Origin: Opitutales bacterium
GTDB lineage: Bacteria > Verrucomicrobiota > Verrucomicrobiia > Opitutales > Seribacteraceae
DNA length: 64,000 nucleotides
Direction of reading: 5' to 3'
Assembly: GCA_965660725.1 (NCBI GenBank)
Contig: CBFIBI010000004.1
Span: forward strand, 4,164-68,163
Shown here: piece after piece, positions 1 to 9,246 of the stretch
Layout: the number at the start of each line of letters is the position of its first letter
How positions within the stretch are numbered: the first letter of the stretch is position 1
Notes under the pieces: generated by a model
The model's database searches: none
Seen by the model: only the letters and a program-made list of their open reading frames with translations
What the model was told of the DNA's origin: nothing
Position numbers and translations under genes: made by a program

Positions 1-537
1 AAAGCCAGAAAGGGGATGCCTGCTACCTCCACCTACAACAACAGCACCCGGTAGGGTTGGATTAAAGCGACCATCAAGTTGTGTCATCCATGCCCCCATA
101 CTCGGATGTACTATGGTGGCTCTTTGAGCATAGCTGGTATGCATAAAATAATTACCTTGTTGGTGAGCTCCTTTGGTTGAAGTCATACCTCTTACCACTG
201 CTATCTTATCGGCATGGTTAGCAAGCAATGGAAGATTTTCGGCTAATTGGACGCCATCAGAATTTGTTTTAATAGTTCGAGTGGGCCCGCCTGTTTCAGT
301 TCCTGACTTGGGATCAAATGTGTCCAAGTGGGTCATCCCGCCCGACATGTAAAGGTAGATTACATTCTTTGCCTTGGGTGCGTGGTTAAGTGGTCGATTA
401 AGGCCAAGTCCAGCTCCAGTGAGTGGGTTGTGTGAGGCCCATGGCAGTATGCTTACTCCAAGAAAACTTTTGGCCGCTAACGATACAAATCTTCTGCGAT
501 TCAGTTCATCAGAAAAAAGGGAAGAGTTCATGTTCAT
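1..537 (-). CDS. DUF1501 domain-containing protein (sulfatase/alkaline-phosphatase-like), N-terminal part only; gene runs off the window start
   Basis: My own minus-strand translation from the ATG at 537 gives MNMNSSLFSDELNRRRFVSLAAKSFLGVSILPWASH...VIYLYMSGGMTHLDTFDPKSG. It has a twin-Arg-type signal (RRRF) and the GGxxHxDTFDPK block typical of DUF1501. It lies 19 nt downstream of a DUF1553 gene, the same pairing as at 45004-49418. Confidence 0.8.
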   Translation of the reverse strand, partial: MNMNSSLFSDELNRRRFVSLAAKSFLGVSILPWASHNPLTGAGLGLNRPLNHAPKAKNVIYLYMSGGMTHLDTFDPKSGTETGGPTRTIKTNSDGVQLAENLPLLANHADKIAVVRGMTSTKGAHQQGNYFMHTSYAQRATIVHPSMGAWMTQLDGRFNPTLPGAVVVGGGSRHPLSGF

Positions 538-556
538 AATAATTAGGATTTGGAAT

Positions 557-2710
557 TTACTGCACGAAAGAGAACTGACGGGTATTAATTAAAGACCATG
601 CGATTGCGAAATATTCGCGGTTACGATTAAATTTCTCCCACGCGAGTTTCTTTTCGATTTGTTTCTTTAATGCTCTCTTTTTCTCATTGGATAAATGTTC
701 AGGAATTTTTTGACTTCCATCAATTGAATCAGTGGCCACAGGTGAAAGTTCTACCATACACATTTTTAATTCTTCAGATGTCGGTTCCCGGTTCAAAATT
801 GAGAGGAATAAAATCTTAATTTTTTCACTTGGTTCAACTTCTTCAGAAAGCTTTTTCATCAGTGGGGATTCTTTATTAAATAATGCACCATAGAATGTAC
901 CATTTAATAGCGTGAGAGCCTGTGTAACGGAAGCGTGCTTGTTTGCATTGTCTGCAATTTCACGATCAGACTGACCAAATTCCTGGAGGAAATGTCCAGG
1001 CTGTGCAGGGGTTTGTAATTCCGATGCTCTGTAGATCTGACTGCTATATCCTTTCCATCGATCGTTTTTGGTGTAGATATTTCCGCCGTTTCCATAAAGT
1101 GACTTTACTTCAAATTCTGGACCCATAACCAATTTGGCAAATACAGTGCGCTGTTGATTTCTAGCCTGTCCATACTCCCGCCTGAGTCGGGCGACGGCTT
1201 CTCTGTCATCTGCCTCTTGTGCCTCCCGTAATTGCTCCTGGAGAGCTTCCATTTCTTCATTGATCTCTTTGCTTGCCTTAGCCCCTTTTTTCGCAAGTTT
1301 GGTAAGTCTTTCTCCATTGAGAGATTCAATTTCTTCCTGATATTGTTTAAAGCGTTCCAATCTTTGGTTGATTACTTTGGCATTTTGTTTCCTTTCATCT
1401 GGGTCGGGAATGGATAAGGCAACAAGAGAGTCCCATATTTGCTCGGCTGTCAGTCTTTCTAGAATAGGGGCTTCAAAATAGTAGGGTGTTTCAATATTTG
1501 GAATATAATCGGGAGCAGAATTCTCGAATGCTTTCACTTGAAATAATACCCTTTGAAATTCCTTTAGATCGAAATCCACACGAACCATGAGCTTTTCCAA
1601 ATGTTCCAAAAGTTCTGGTATGGATGCAACCGTATCATCTCTCCAATCATCGACGGGCTCGACCAAACCACGGCCAAAAACTTTTTTCCACATTCGATTG
1701 GCAATTACTTTGGTAAATCGTGGGTTTTCGGAGGTAGTCATCCATTCGCCATACGCATGAACTTTTGACTCACCATCTTTATCTGAAATCGGATTATCAA
1801 AGATTGGGGATGGGGAAACCAATGACTTGGGCTTTCCATCGTCATACTGATAGTCGTGTGGCAAGTTAAGTTTACGATTCGTATGGGTAGCTCCGTACCT
1901 GAGGGGGCGAAGCATTTCTTGTACGGATTTTCGTAAAGCCTGTGCTTCTTTAGATTGCACTTTCTTCTGTTTATCTTTTGAGGAAAGTCCTTTGGTTTGT
2001 TTTTCAAAATACTTTCTTATTTTGCTTTGGATATCTCCTCCTTTGGAGGAGTGTATACCGTAAGTGTAGGATGCCATTTGATAATATTCCATTTGTGTCC
2101 ATTTGTCAAAGGGGTGGTTATGACACTGTGCACAAACCATTTGGGTACCGAGAAAGATTTGCGTGGTGTTCGACATGTTGTCTAATGGCATACCCGCATC
2201 CCGTAGGTAGTAACCGACTGCACCATTCTCCCATGGGTAACCTTCAGCAGTGATTAAGTTAAAGGCCATTTCATCGAATGGAATATTCTTCTTAACCTGT
2301 TCCTTCACCCAGTGAACATATAACTGTCCGGCACCGATTTGGTTGCCTCCCCGCATGCGCGTCTGCAGTCTTAGTAAATCAGCCCACCAATTGAACATAT
2401 GGCTATCAAAAGCAGATGACTCAACCAATTGGTTCACCAGTTGATTTTTTTTGTTTTTAGATGGATTAGCTAAATAAGAAGACAATTCCTCATGCGTGGG
2501 TATTCGACCTGCAGCTTTCAGGTAGAGTCTTCTTGCCAGGAGAGCATCATCTAGTTTTGCAGGTGCCTTTACATCATGCTTATTGTAGGTTGATACCAAG
2601 ATCTTATTGATCGCTGCAACTTCTGAATCGGTCTCTTTCTTAGAAAGTTTATTTCCAGCAACAAAAGCAAGAGGTAAGAAGATGATGGGCAAAATCGCGA
2701 TAAATTTCAT
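557..2710 (-). CDS. DUF1549/DUF1553 (PSCyt2/PSD1-type) domain-containing protein, no cytochrome module
   Basis: 717-aa ORF with a signal peptide (MKFIAILPIIFLPLAFVAG) and the conserved block QMVCAQCHNHPFDKWTQ characteristic of this PVC family. It lacks the N-terminal CxxCH seen in the paralog at 46476-49418. Confidence 0.85.
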   Translation of the reverse strand: MKFIAILPIIFLPLAFVAGNKLSKKETDSEVAAINKILVSTYNKHDVKAPAKLDDALLARRLYLKAAGRIPTHEELSSYLANPSKNKKNQLVNQLVESSAFDSHMFNWWADLLRLQTRMRGGNQIGAGQLYVHWVKEQVKKNIPFDEMAFNLITAEGYPWENGAVGYYLRDAGMPLDNMSNTTQIFLGTQMVCAQCHNHPFDKWTQMEYYQMASYTYGIHSSKGGDIQSKIRKYFEKQTKGLSSKDKQKKVQSKEAQALRKSVQEMLRPLRYGATHTNRKLNLPHDYQYDDGKPKSLVSPSPIFDNPISDKDGESKVHAYGEWMTTSENPRFTKVIANRMWKKVFGRGLVEPVDDWRDDTVASIPELLEHLEKLMVRVDFDLKEFQRVLFQVKAFENSAPDYIPNIETPYYFEAPILERLTAEQIWDSLVALSIPDPDERKQNAKVINQRLERFKQYQEEIESLNGERLTKLAKKGAKASKEINEEMEALQEQLREAQEADDREAVARLRREYGQARNQQRTVFAKLVMGPEFEVKSLYGNGGNIYTKNDRWKGYSSQIYRASELQTPAQPGHFLQEFGQSDREIADNANKHASVTQALTLLNGTFYGALFNKESPLMKKLSEEVEPSEKIKILFLSILNREPTSEELKMCMVELSPVATDSIDGSQKIPEHLSNEKKRALKKQIEKKLAWEKFNRNREYFAIAWSLINTRQFSFVQ

Positions 2711-2803
2711 TCTTCAATATACTATTAGCAATGGGCTAAAGTTACAGAAAAATATTAAGGATCTACTGATTTTTATTTAATGACCCCTATGATAAAATAC
2801 CCC

Positions 2804-4960
2804 CTAAAAAACAATGGAGCAGGAAAGAATAAAGTTTCGGCCTGCACCGTTGAGACCGGATCCATGTACGCGATAATCAACATTGCCGATATTTTCCAAA
2901 GCGAGAGATATTAAGCTCCTATCAGAAATATCATAGTTACCATAAATATTGGTCAGAAAGTAGCTTGGTGTTCCATTACTCGGTATTCTTGTAACATCAG
3001 TCTCATCCTTAAGTGAAAGATCGTCCGCTTTACTAAGTGCAAGAAAAGATAGGGCAGACGACCAGTTTGAACCCATGGGTGTGTATTGTGTGGTGAACTT
3101 TGCCTGTATTGGCATAAGACGTGTGGTTGCCCGGTTTACTGTTGAATAATTACGGCCATTGATGGCTACTGTTCCCGTAGCATTATTATCCAGCATTTGC
3201 TCAACTTCTCCGTCCATCCATGAAAAAGAAAACTCGGATTTCCAGGATGGAGTCCACTGATAACCAAGTTCAAGTTCAATACCCTGAATGAACCCATCAC
3301 CGTTTGATTTTAAAACATCAGACTTGCCGGATTCGATGGGTGAGCGAATGATCATGTCTTTGATCCAAGTATAATAATAAGAAGTTTGCCATTCCCATGA
3401 GCCTGAATCCACTCGTATGCCAAATTCAGCTTGCAGAAATTTTTCCGGTTCTAGTTTTGTATTGGGTTTTTCCACGGTACTTGTCTCATCGGTGGAGGTG
3501 AGATCATAGAGACTCGGTGGTCTGAAACCTTGAGACAAACCGCTAAAAATAAAAAGCTCCTCATTGATTTGTTTGGTTGCCCTTAAGCTGCCAAGGATTT
3601 CTTCGTAAGTTTTTTCTTCCGGAGCAAACAAAGTGGAAATATCACTATTCTTTTCGTAGAATTTTCTTAAATCTGCTTTTGTTGCCGAGTATCGAATTCC
3701 TGGCTCTAACGACCAGCCAGAATCGAATGCGTATTTGTATTGAAAATAAGTGGCAAACCGGTCATGGAGAGAGTCAGCTGCCAAAGGTCCCTGTACTAGG
3801 TTGGCAGTGCGATTGCCGTTGGCATCAAATTTGTACCCTCCCGAGACCAGCTTTTCTTGATGCCATTCGGCTCCATAAGCCAGAATGCCTTGCAAGAAAT
3901 CCTCTTTCACAAAACGAGCTGTCAGACCAATATCTTCGAGGCTAAATGTTTGTAAGTCTCCTCCTGTAGCCACACCTGAATTACCTTTCATCCGATTTCT
4001 TTCCTGATCGTGAGAATGAAGACTAAGAGTCAAATTTCCCGAATTTGCAATGCCTTCAATATCTTCCCAGGCAAGCCTTCCATAATAAAGATTCCTTTCT
4101 TGATCAAGTCGTCGCCAAATTTCTTTACCACGCGACAAGCCTTCCCATGTTAAGCCATCAATAGTTTTATGGGTTCTGGGAACATTATCCATGAAGTTTT
4201 TTTGAATTCCAAAGATTAAGTCTGCATTGTCGGAAAGCTTTCTAGACAACCTTGCCTGGGACCCTCTTACATCATAGCCAGTATTTTTTTGCCTACCAAC
4301 TTTCCTTCCTCCATCAAGGTCGCCAAATGAACGCTCTGTATGAGAAATTTCAGCAAACCATTTTGGAGAGGAAACTTCAGCTGAAAATCCTGCACTAAAT
4401 GAACGCTCTGCTGAAGAAGCACGACCAAGTAACTCAAAGGATCTGTAATTTTTTTGATTAGAATAAAATGGTTCGGAAGAGAGGGAATTAACAATGCCCC
4501 CCACAGCGTCGGCTCCAAATAAAACTCCATGGGTGCAACGTAGTGCTTCTACACGGTCGGTACCAAACAGTTCGACTGTACTCCAGTATTGGTTCGGTCC
4601 TGAGCGCATTGCGGAATGATTCAAACGAATCCCATCAACTAGTAATACATTATGGTACCCGGTTAATCCGCGAATGTAGGGAGAAGATTGGCCCAGTGCA
4701 GTTTTTTGAACCATAATTGAAGGAATTCCAGATAAAGCTTCGGGTAACGATCTGGTATTCCCTTTTATGGCTTCAGTTTCCAGGGCAGTAATTGACCAAG
4801 CAGTAGAATGCAAAGGCTCCGGGAATCCACCTTTAGAAGTCACAACCATGGGTGTGAGTTCGCCAGCCGTCACTCTTTTTGCACTGGAAAAGGCTACAGT
4901 TGGGTAGCTGCCAATCAGCAGTGCAAAGACGATACGAAGATAGGGGCAGAAGGAATTCAT
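2804..4960 (-). CDS. TonB-dependent outer-membrane receptor
   Basis: 718-aa ORF with a signal peptide and the plug-domain block SLPEALSGIPSIMVQKTALGQSSPYIRGLTGYHNVLLVDGIRLN. A long beta-strand-like region follows, and the C-terminus ends in aromatic Phe (..CSIVF). Confidence 0.9.
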   Translation of the reverse strand: MNSFCPYLRIVFALLIGSYPTVAFSSAKRVTAGELTPMVVTSKGGFPEPLHSTAWSITALETEAIKGNTRSLPEALSGIPSIMVQKTALGQSSPYIRGLTGYHNVLLVDGIRLNHSAMRSGPNQYWSTVELFGTDRVEALRCTHGVLFGADAVGGIVNSLSSEPFYSNQKNYRSFELLGRASSAERSFSAGFSAEVSSPKWFAEISHTERSFGDLDGGRKVGRQKNTGYDVRGSQARLSRKLSDNADLIFGIQKNFMDNVPRTHKTIDGLTWEGLSRGKEIWRRLDQERNLYYGRLAWEDIEGIANSGNLTLSLHSHDQERNRMKGNSGVATGGDLQTFSLEDIGLTARFVKEDFLQGILAYGAEWHQEKLVSGGYKFDANGNRTANLVQGPLAADSLHDRFATYFQYKYAFDSGWSLEPGIRYSATKADLRKFYEKNSDISTLFAPEEKTYEEILGSLRATKQINEELFIFSGLSQGFRPPSLYDLTSTDETSTVEKPNTKLEPEKFLQAEFGIRVDSGSWEWQTSYYYTWIKDMIIRSPIESGKSDVLKSNGDGFIQGIELELGYQWTPSWKSEFSFSWMDGEVEQMLDNNATGTVAINGRNYSTVNRATTRLMPIQAKFTTQYTPMGSNWSSALSFLALSKADDLSLKDETDVTRIPSNGTPSYFLTNIYGNYDISDRSLISLALENIGNVDYRVHGSGLNGAGRNFILSCSIVF

Positions 4961-4985
4961 GAAGTAAAATTTTTAGAAAAACATA

Positions 4986-6224
4986 TTATGATTTTCTAGC
5001 AATAGGAGAATAATTGGGTTTTAATCTTTCATCCGATGCAAGCTTGATGAAAATTAGGCAGCTGAGGCTAATGAGTGTCGCGGAAGTCCAAGAAACCTGA
5101 ACAGGTCCGAGGTTGGTAAGAATCCAGTAGCCAAGGAAAGGAGCAGGGACGCCTCTCACTCCAGTAAAAAAAGAATGTACAGACATGTAGCTAGATTCGG
5201 CTCCCTTGGGGGCGATTTTTGTTACCCAAAGTGTCCAAGCCATTGTGCCACCACCAGTAGCTGTTCCAATCAAGGCCGATGCAAAACTTAACAAAATTAT
5301 GTCCTTGGTTTGGAAGTATAGAAATAGACCGAGAAGAAAAAACAGATTTATCGAAATTCTCACGAGAGCTAAATTAAATTTATCAAAAGCCCAACCCCAT
5401 AATGGTGTACTGCAAATTCGACAAATAAGCGGTATTACCATAGTAATGGAAAGTATCATGGTATTACTAAGGTTAAGGCCATGGACTGGATTGGCCAAGT
5501 ATTCGACCCGTAATGGAATTGTGACTAAATTTCCAATTCCCATAAGCATCCATCCCGTTAACATCCAAAAGAAAAGTCGGTCCTTGATCGCATAGGCTAG
5601 ATCCTTAGATAAACCTCGTGATTCTGAATTCAGGGGTTTGGAAGGTATTTTAAGATGAAAATATGCCGTTCCTAGGCAAAACAGAAAGGTAACTACGGCT
5701 CCAATTCTGAAATAGCTAAGGTCCTCATCCAAAATAAAACCGACGAGAAGAGCTGTGACACTACCAACCACAGCCGAGAGCATTAGGTTACTAGAAATTT
5801 TTCGTCCTCTCTCATTTGATTTGTAATTATTAGCGTAAACATGAACCATCAAGGATGGTACTTGGGCGGCAATGACACATCCCAGTAATACACAACCTAC
5901 ATAAAACCATGCAGATGTTGCTGCAGCGGAAGCTAGTATGCAAAGAGCCACAAAAAACAGTAGAATTGCACAGAGGATACTCACAGGCAGTTTACTTCTT
6001 CCAATCAAAAGAAGAAAAGCTGGGGTGATTAGAAACCCAATGGAACTACCTCCTGCCAACAATGATTTTGCGGTATCCGTTGCCCCAAAATATCGAATAG
6101 CAACAAGTAGGCATGCAGAGGCAAAACTTGCTTCTACAATGCCGTTACAAGTATTTCTCCAAAGATCGAATTTCTGAGTTTTTAAGGCGATACCTTTAGT
6201 ATGATCTTTGGTCTCGCTACTCAT
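4986..6224 (-). CDS. MFS-type transporter (about 12 TM helices)
   Basis: 412-aa ORF that is almost entirely hydrophobic helices in two halves. Its stop lies 25 nt upstream of the TonB-dependent receptor start. The substrate is not inferable from sequence alone. Confidence 0.72.
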   Translation of the reverse strand: MSSETKDHTKGIALKTQKFDLWRNTCNGIVEASFASACLLVAIRYFGATDTAKSLLAGGSSIGFLITPAFLLLIGRSKLPVSILCAILLFFVALCILASAAATSAWFYVGCVLLGCVIAAQVPSLMVHVYANNYKSNERGRKISSNLMLSAVVGSVTALLVGFILDEDLSYFRIGAVVTFLFCLGTAYFHLKIPSKPLNSESRGLSKDLAYAIKDRLFFWMLTGWMLMGIGNLVTIPLRVEYLANPVHGLNLSNTMILSITMVIPLICRICSTPLWGWAFDKFNLALVRISINLFFLLGLFLYFQTKDIILLSFASALIGTATGGGTMAWTLWVTKIAPKGAESSYMSVHSFFTGVRGVPAPFLGYWILTNLGPVQVSWTSATLISLSCLIFIKLASDERLKPNYSPIARKS

Positions 6225-6317
6225 AACTGCTTTGCTAGATCTCCCGTAATATCTAAAAATTCATTGGTAATCTTTGAATTTAACAAGCAAATTTATTGAG
6301 ACTTCAACACTTTTTGA

Positions 6318-7316
6318 TTACCAGGCGTACTGCCAACCAAGAGTCCATGTGGAATCAAGCTCCAGTTGGACACCATTTACTTTTTGATCGAGAGGAGTTT
6401 CCCACTCAGCAGCGATGCGATGGCCTTTCAGTCCACCATCCTGAAAATAGTAATTAAGGCCTAAACCAAAGGTTGTGATATCACGACCTTGAGAATTTGG
6501 GTTAAGGGCAGGGGACATCATTTTCATCATTCGGGTATCTTCTCCATCGACTTTACTCTGACTCGAGTAATCGAATTTAGCAGATGCACTTAAAGAATCA
6601 GTAATTTTACGAGCTCCCCACAGGGTTGCTTCAAACTTATTGCCGAGAGTGTAATCCTGATCGTTCTCACCAATTCGGAGAATTCCACCCAACTGAGCAC
6701 CATAGGAATAGTTGTCGGTTTGCGCTAAGTAAGTAATAGCAGGATGGAAATCATAAGTTCCGGATCCTAGTTGCATGCCATAGCCCAATGTATTTCCATT
6801 CGTATGTTTTTCATCAATTGATCCAGTAGGAAGGCTTAATCCCAAGTTTAAATGCATTCTTCGCCCGCTATCCCATTGAGCAAGATCGTAAAGTCCTGCC
6901 ACTTTCAAATCGCCAATTCCAGAACTTCCCATATTCATGCTCATATTCATTGGCATGATCATGTCCATATCATTGTCTAAATAATTAAGCATGGTCATTA
7001 GTGTCCACTTATCGGAGATGGCATACATCGTACCAAACATATGCATGTCCATAGTCATCTTAGTTGGAACCATTGTAGTCATGCCCGTTAATTGCGAGGA
7101 TGCGGTTACAGCATTAGATCCTTTTAGTAATCCTTCCATATCCATGGTCATGTAGCGATAGGACACCATCCATTCGCCCATGGCGTGCATATGATCGCCC
7201 ATAACAGAAATGGGTGCGTGTCCATCCGGTCGGGCTGAAGTCCAAGGGCCTTCATGGGCGGTTGAAACAGAGACATTAATAATAAGGGAAACAAAAAAGA
7301 GAGTTAATTTTTTCAT
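6318..7316 (-). CDS. Met/His-rich outer-membrane beta-barrel protein (resembles the 'MetA-pathway/transporter' OMP family)
   Basis: I chose the start at MKKLTLFFVSLIINVSVSTA|HE (ATG 7316) rather than the ORF-track start at 7406, because it gives a clean signal peptide. The N-terminal block DGHAPISVMGDHMHAMGEWMVSYRYMTMDMEG is followed by alternating beta-strand patterns. The C-terminus ends ..LGWQYAW (aromatic). Confidence 0.6.
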   Translation of the reverse strand: MKKLTLFFVSLIINVSVSTAHEGPWTSARPDGHAPISVMGDHMHAMGEWMVSYRYMTMDMEGLLKGSNAVTASSQLTGMTTMVPTKMTMDMHMFGTMYAISDKWTLMTMLNYLDNDMDMIMPMNMSMNMGSSGIGDLKVAGLYDLAQWDSGRRMHLNLGLSLPTGSIDEKHTNGNTLGYGMQLGSGTYDFHPAITYLAQTDNYSYGAQLGGILRIGENDQDYTLGNKFEATLWGARKITDSLSASAKFDYSSQSKVDGEDTRMMKMMSPALNPNSQGRDITTFGLGLNYYFQDGGLKGHRIAAEWETPLDQKVNGVQLELDSTWTLGWQYAW

Positions 7317-7442
7317 AATAGTAAAAAGATAAAAATTTTGGATGTAGCTAAAAAAAGAACCATGAAGTATATTCTTGAATATAAACACAGGTATTAGCTT
7401 TTCCACGCTGTGGGTGGAAAGTAAGGTTCGATAAGAAAGTGC

Positions 7443-7832
7443 TTACGCTCTGATTCGCGGAGGAGGGAGTTCCGCTGGATCGTAGGTAGAGGAAATATGC
7501 CAGACAGGAGGGCATAATGCTCCAACCATTTTCAGTCCATGATCAGTAATGATTTCAGATTTTTCAGACGCTAATTTTAATTTGTGCGAAAAAATCTCTA
7601 TTGCCGAAAAACCTTTTTTTCCTGAATCTGTTTGTTCGCTTACAAATTGACAGACGCTACAGGGGCGATCCCCATTGAATGTCCATTCCACCGATAAACT
7701 GATTGATTGGGATTCCTGATAAAATTTATCAATCATATTTAACCACGCTCCCACTTGAACGAAAGCCAATGGCATACCGCTTATTGCAAGTGTGGAAAGA
7801 AAAGAAAGGAATAGTAGAATTCTTTTGAACAT
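7443..7832 (-). CDS. hypothetical small secreted/membrane-anchored protein with a CxxC motif
   Basis: 129-aa ORF with an N-terminal hydrophobic signal (MFKRILLFLSFLSTLAISG) and the motif PCSVCQF. It is co-directional between the HupE-like and Met-rich OMP genes. I recognise no family. Confidence 0.5.
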   Translation of the reverse strand: MFKRILLFLSFLSTLAISGMPLAFVQVGAWLNMIDKFYQESQSISLSVEWTFNGDRPCSVCQFVSEQTDSGKKGFSAIEIFSHKLKLASEKSEIITDHGLKMVGALCPPVWHISSTYDPAELPPPRIRA

Positions 7833-7929
7833 GAATTTGGACTATTTCTTTAAAAACTTTAAAACGGAGGATTGTTCAAGAGTTTTAAGTCAAAGCTATG
7901 AATTATTGAATATGAATAATCTTCTAAAG

Positions 7930-9105
7930 TTAAAAAAAGATGCGTTCAATCGTCCAATAAATTCCCATAAGTGCAATCAGGATTGAACAGGGAACCACTG
8001 CGATCTTTCGATATGTTGTTTCATCTTTGAGCCAGAAAGTGAAAACAAAAGTGATGGCAATCACAGCTAGCTGACCGAATTCTACTCCAATATTAAAGCC
8101 AAGCAGCCCAATTACCAGCGAAGTTGGATCTAAATCAAAAGCCGAGAGGGCACCGGCAAAGCCAAGTCCATGAATCAAGCCAAAGAAAAAGACAATGAAC
8201 AACCTTGAATGACGATAGTTTGGGAAAAAAATATTTTCTAGTGCTATAACAGCTATGCTTGCCGCTATAATTGGTTCAACCACATGAGATGGTGCTGATA
8301 TTAATTCCAGAGTCGCAAGACCAAGGGTTATTGTGTGGGCAACCGTAAACACTGAGACTTGGTATAAAATCGGCTTCCATTTTCTTGAAAGAAAAAAGAG
8401 CCCGAGTACAAACAGGATATGATCAAGACCAAGAGGGAGAACATGAACAAATCCTTGTCTCGTAAAAGAGTAGAAGGTGCTTCTTGCATCTTTCCTGCGC
8501 TCTTCTGAACTCTTCTCTGTAATAGATCCTGATTGTTGATCTACTTCTTTTAGAGCAATCGGTTTTCCGTCAATAAAAGAAAGATCAAATTTAAAACTTT
8601 CTTCATTAGGAAAAAGAACATTTACACGTCTTTGAGGTTTCTCATTTATTTGATTAGTGAAAACTAGATCGTAAGGAGCTTCGTCCTGCGATCTTATTTG
8701 ATAAAAAGTAGAGTTATTATCTAAAAAAATATCATACTGGCCTTGTAAAACGAAGATGTTCTCTTCACTCAAATCTTCTCCATTCCGTTCCACGAAATCA
8801 AATTTAAATTCGGGCAAATACCAGTCATTGTTTCCAAAGCGCAATTGAAGAGCATTTTCGATCAAATTTTTCGCCTGCAGAATGAGATCTGTTTTGTTTG
8901 AGTCAGAAAGTTGTTTGAAAGTACTGCTGGTAAGGAAAGGCACTTGCTCAGGATCTTCAGCAAAGCTTCTTGTGTCTATTTCTATATAAATAGAACTATT
9001 GCCATCAGAATTAAACTTACCAATTACTGGTATATCCGGAATGGGATGCCCTTTAAGAAGAGCACTAAATAAAAGAAAGAAAAGGGTAATTTTTGAATAT
9101 TTCAT
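7930..9105 (-). CDS. HupE/UreJ-family membrane protein with a ~200-aa N-terminal extracytoplasmic domain
   Basis: 391-aa ORF with a signal peptide. The C-terminal half has HupE/UreJ-type TM helices with the motifs GLDHILFVLGLFFL and GLIHGLGFAGAL. I do not recognise the N-terminal soluble domain. Confidence 0.72.
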   Translation of the reverse strand: MKYSKITLFFLLFSALLKGHPIPDIPVIGKFNSDGNSSIYIEIDTRSFAEDPEQVPFLTSSTFKQLSDSNKTDLILQAKNLIENALQLRFGNNDWYLPEFKFDFVERNGEDLSEENIFVLQGQYDIFLDNNSTFYQIRSQDEAPYDLVFTNQINEKPQRRVNVLFPNEESFKFDLSFIDGKPIALKEVDQQSGSITEKSSEERRKDARSTFYSFTRQGFVHVLPLGLDHILFVLGLFFLSRKWKPILYQVSVFTVAHTITLGLATLELISAPSHVVEPIIAASIAVIALENIFFPNYRHSRLFIVFFFGLIHGLGFAGALSAFDLDPTSLVIGLLGFNIGVEFGQLAVIAITFVFTFWLKDETTYRKIAVVPCSILIALMGIYWTIERIFF

Positions 9106-9246
9106 CCAAACTGAAAAAAACTTGGGTTAGGTAACACTTGTTGGGTTATTCGGTAAAATTAGTAATATTGAGTACTTCTTACTTGTCTATCTTGTATTTG
9201 GATATTCAATGAATTCTTTAAACACTAAACCTCAATATTATCTATT

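Noticed and set aside
374-592. 72-aa plus-strand ORF from the track.
   Set aside because: It lies antisense over the N-terminus of the DUF1501 gene and the spacer to the DUF1553 gene. It has no recognisable motif. The minus-strand reading carries strong family motifs.
3577-3945. 122-aa plus-strand ORF inside the TonB-dependent receptor. Similar shadow ORFs occur at 904-1095, 1105-1329, 1738-2007, 4267-4530 and 5206-5595.
   Set aside because: These are antisense or out-of-frame shadow ORFs within long ORFs that have clear family signatures. Their composition is low-complexity or odd, and they have no independent support.
7400-7420. Hairpin TTTCCAC-GCTGTGG-GTGGAAA between the 129-aa gene and the Met-rich OMP gene, as an intrinsic terminator.
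   Set aside because: On the transcribed (minus) strand no T-run follows the 7-bp stem. It may be an RNA-processing or attenuation element, but the evidence is insufficient for a feature call.
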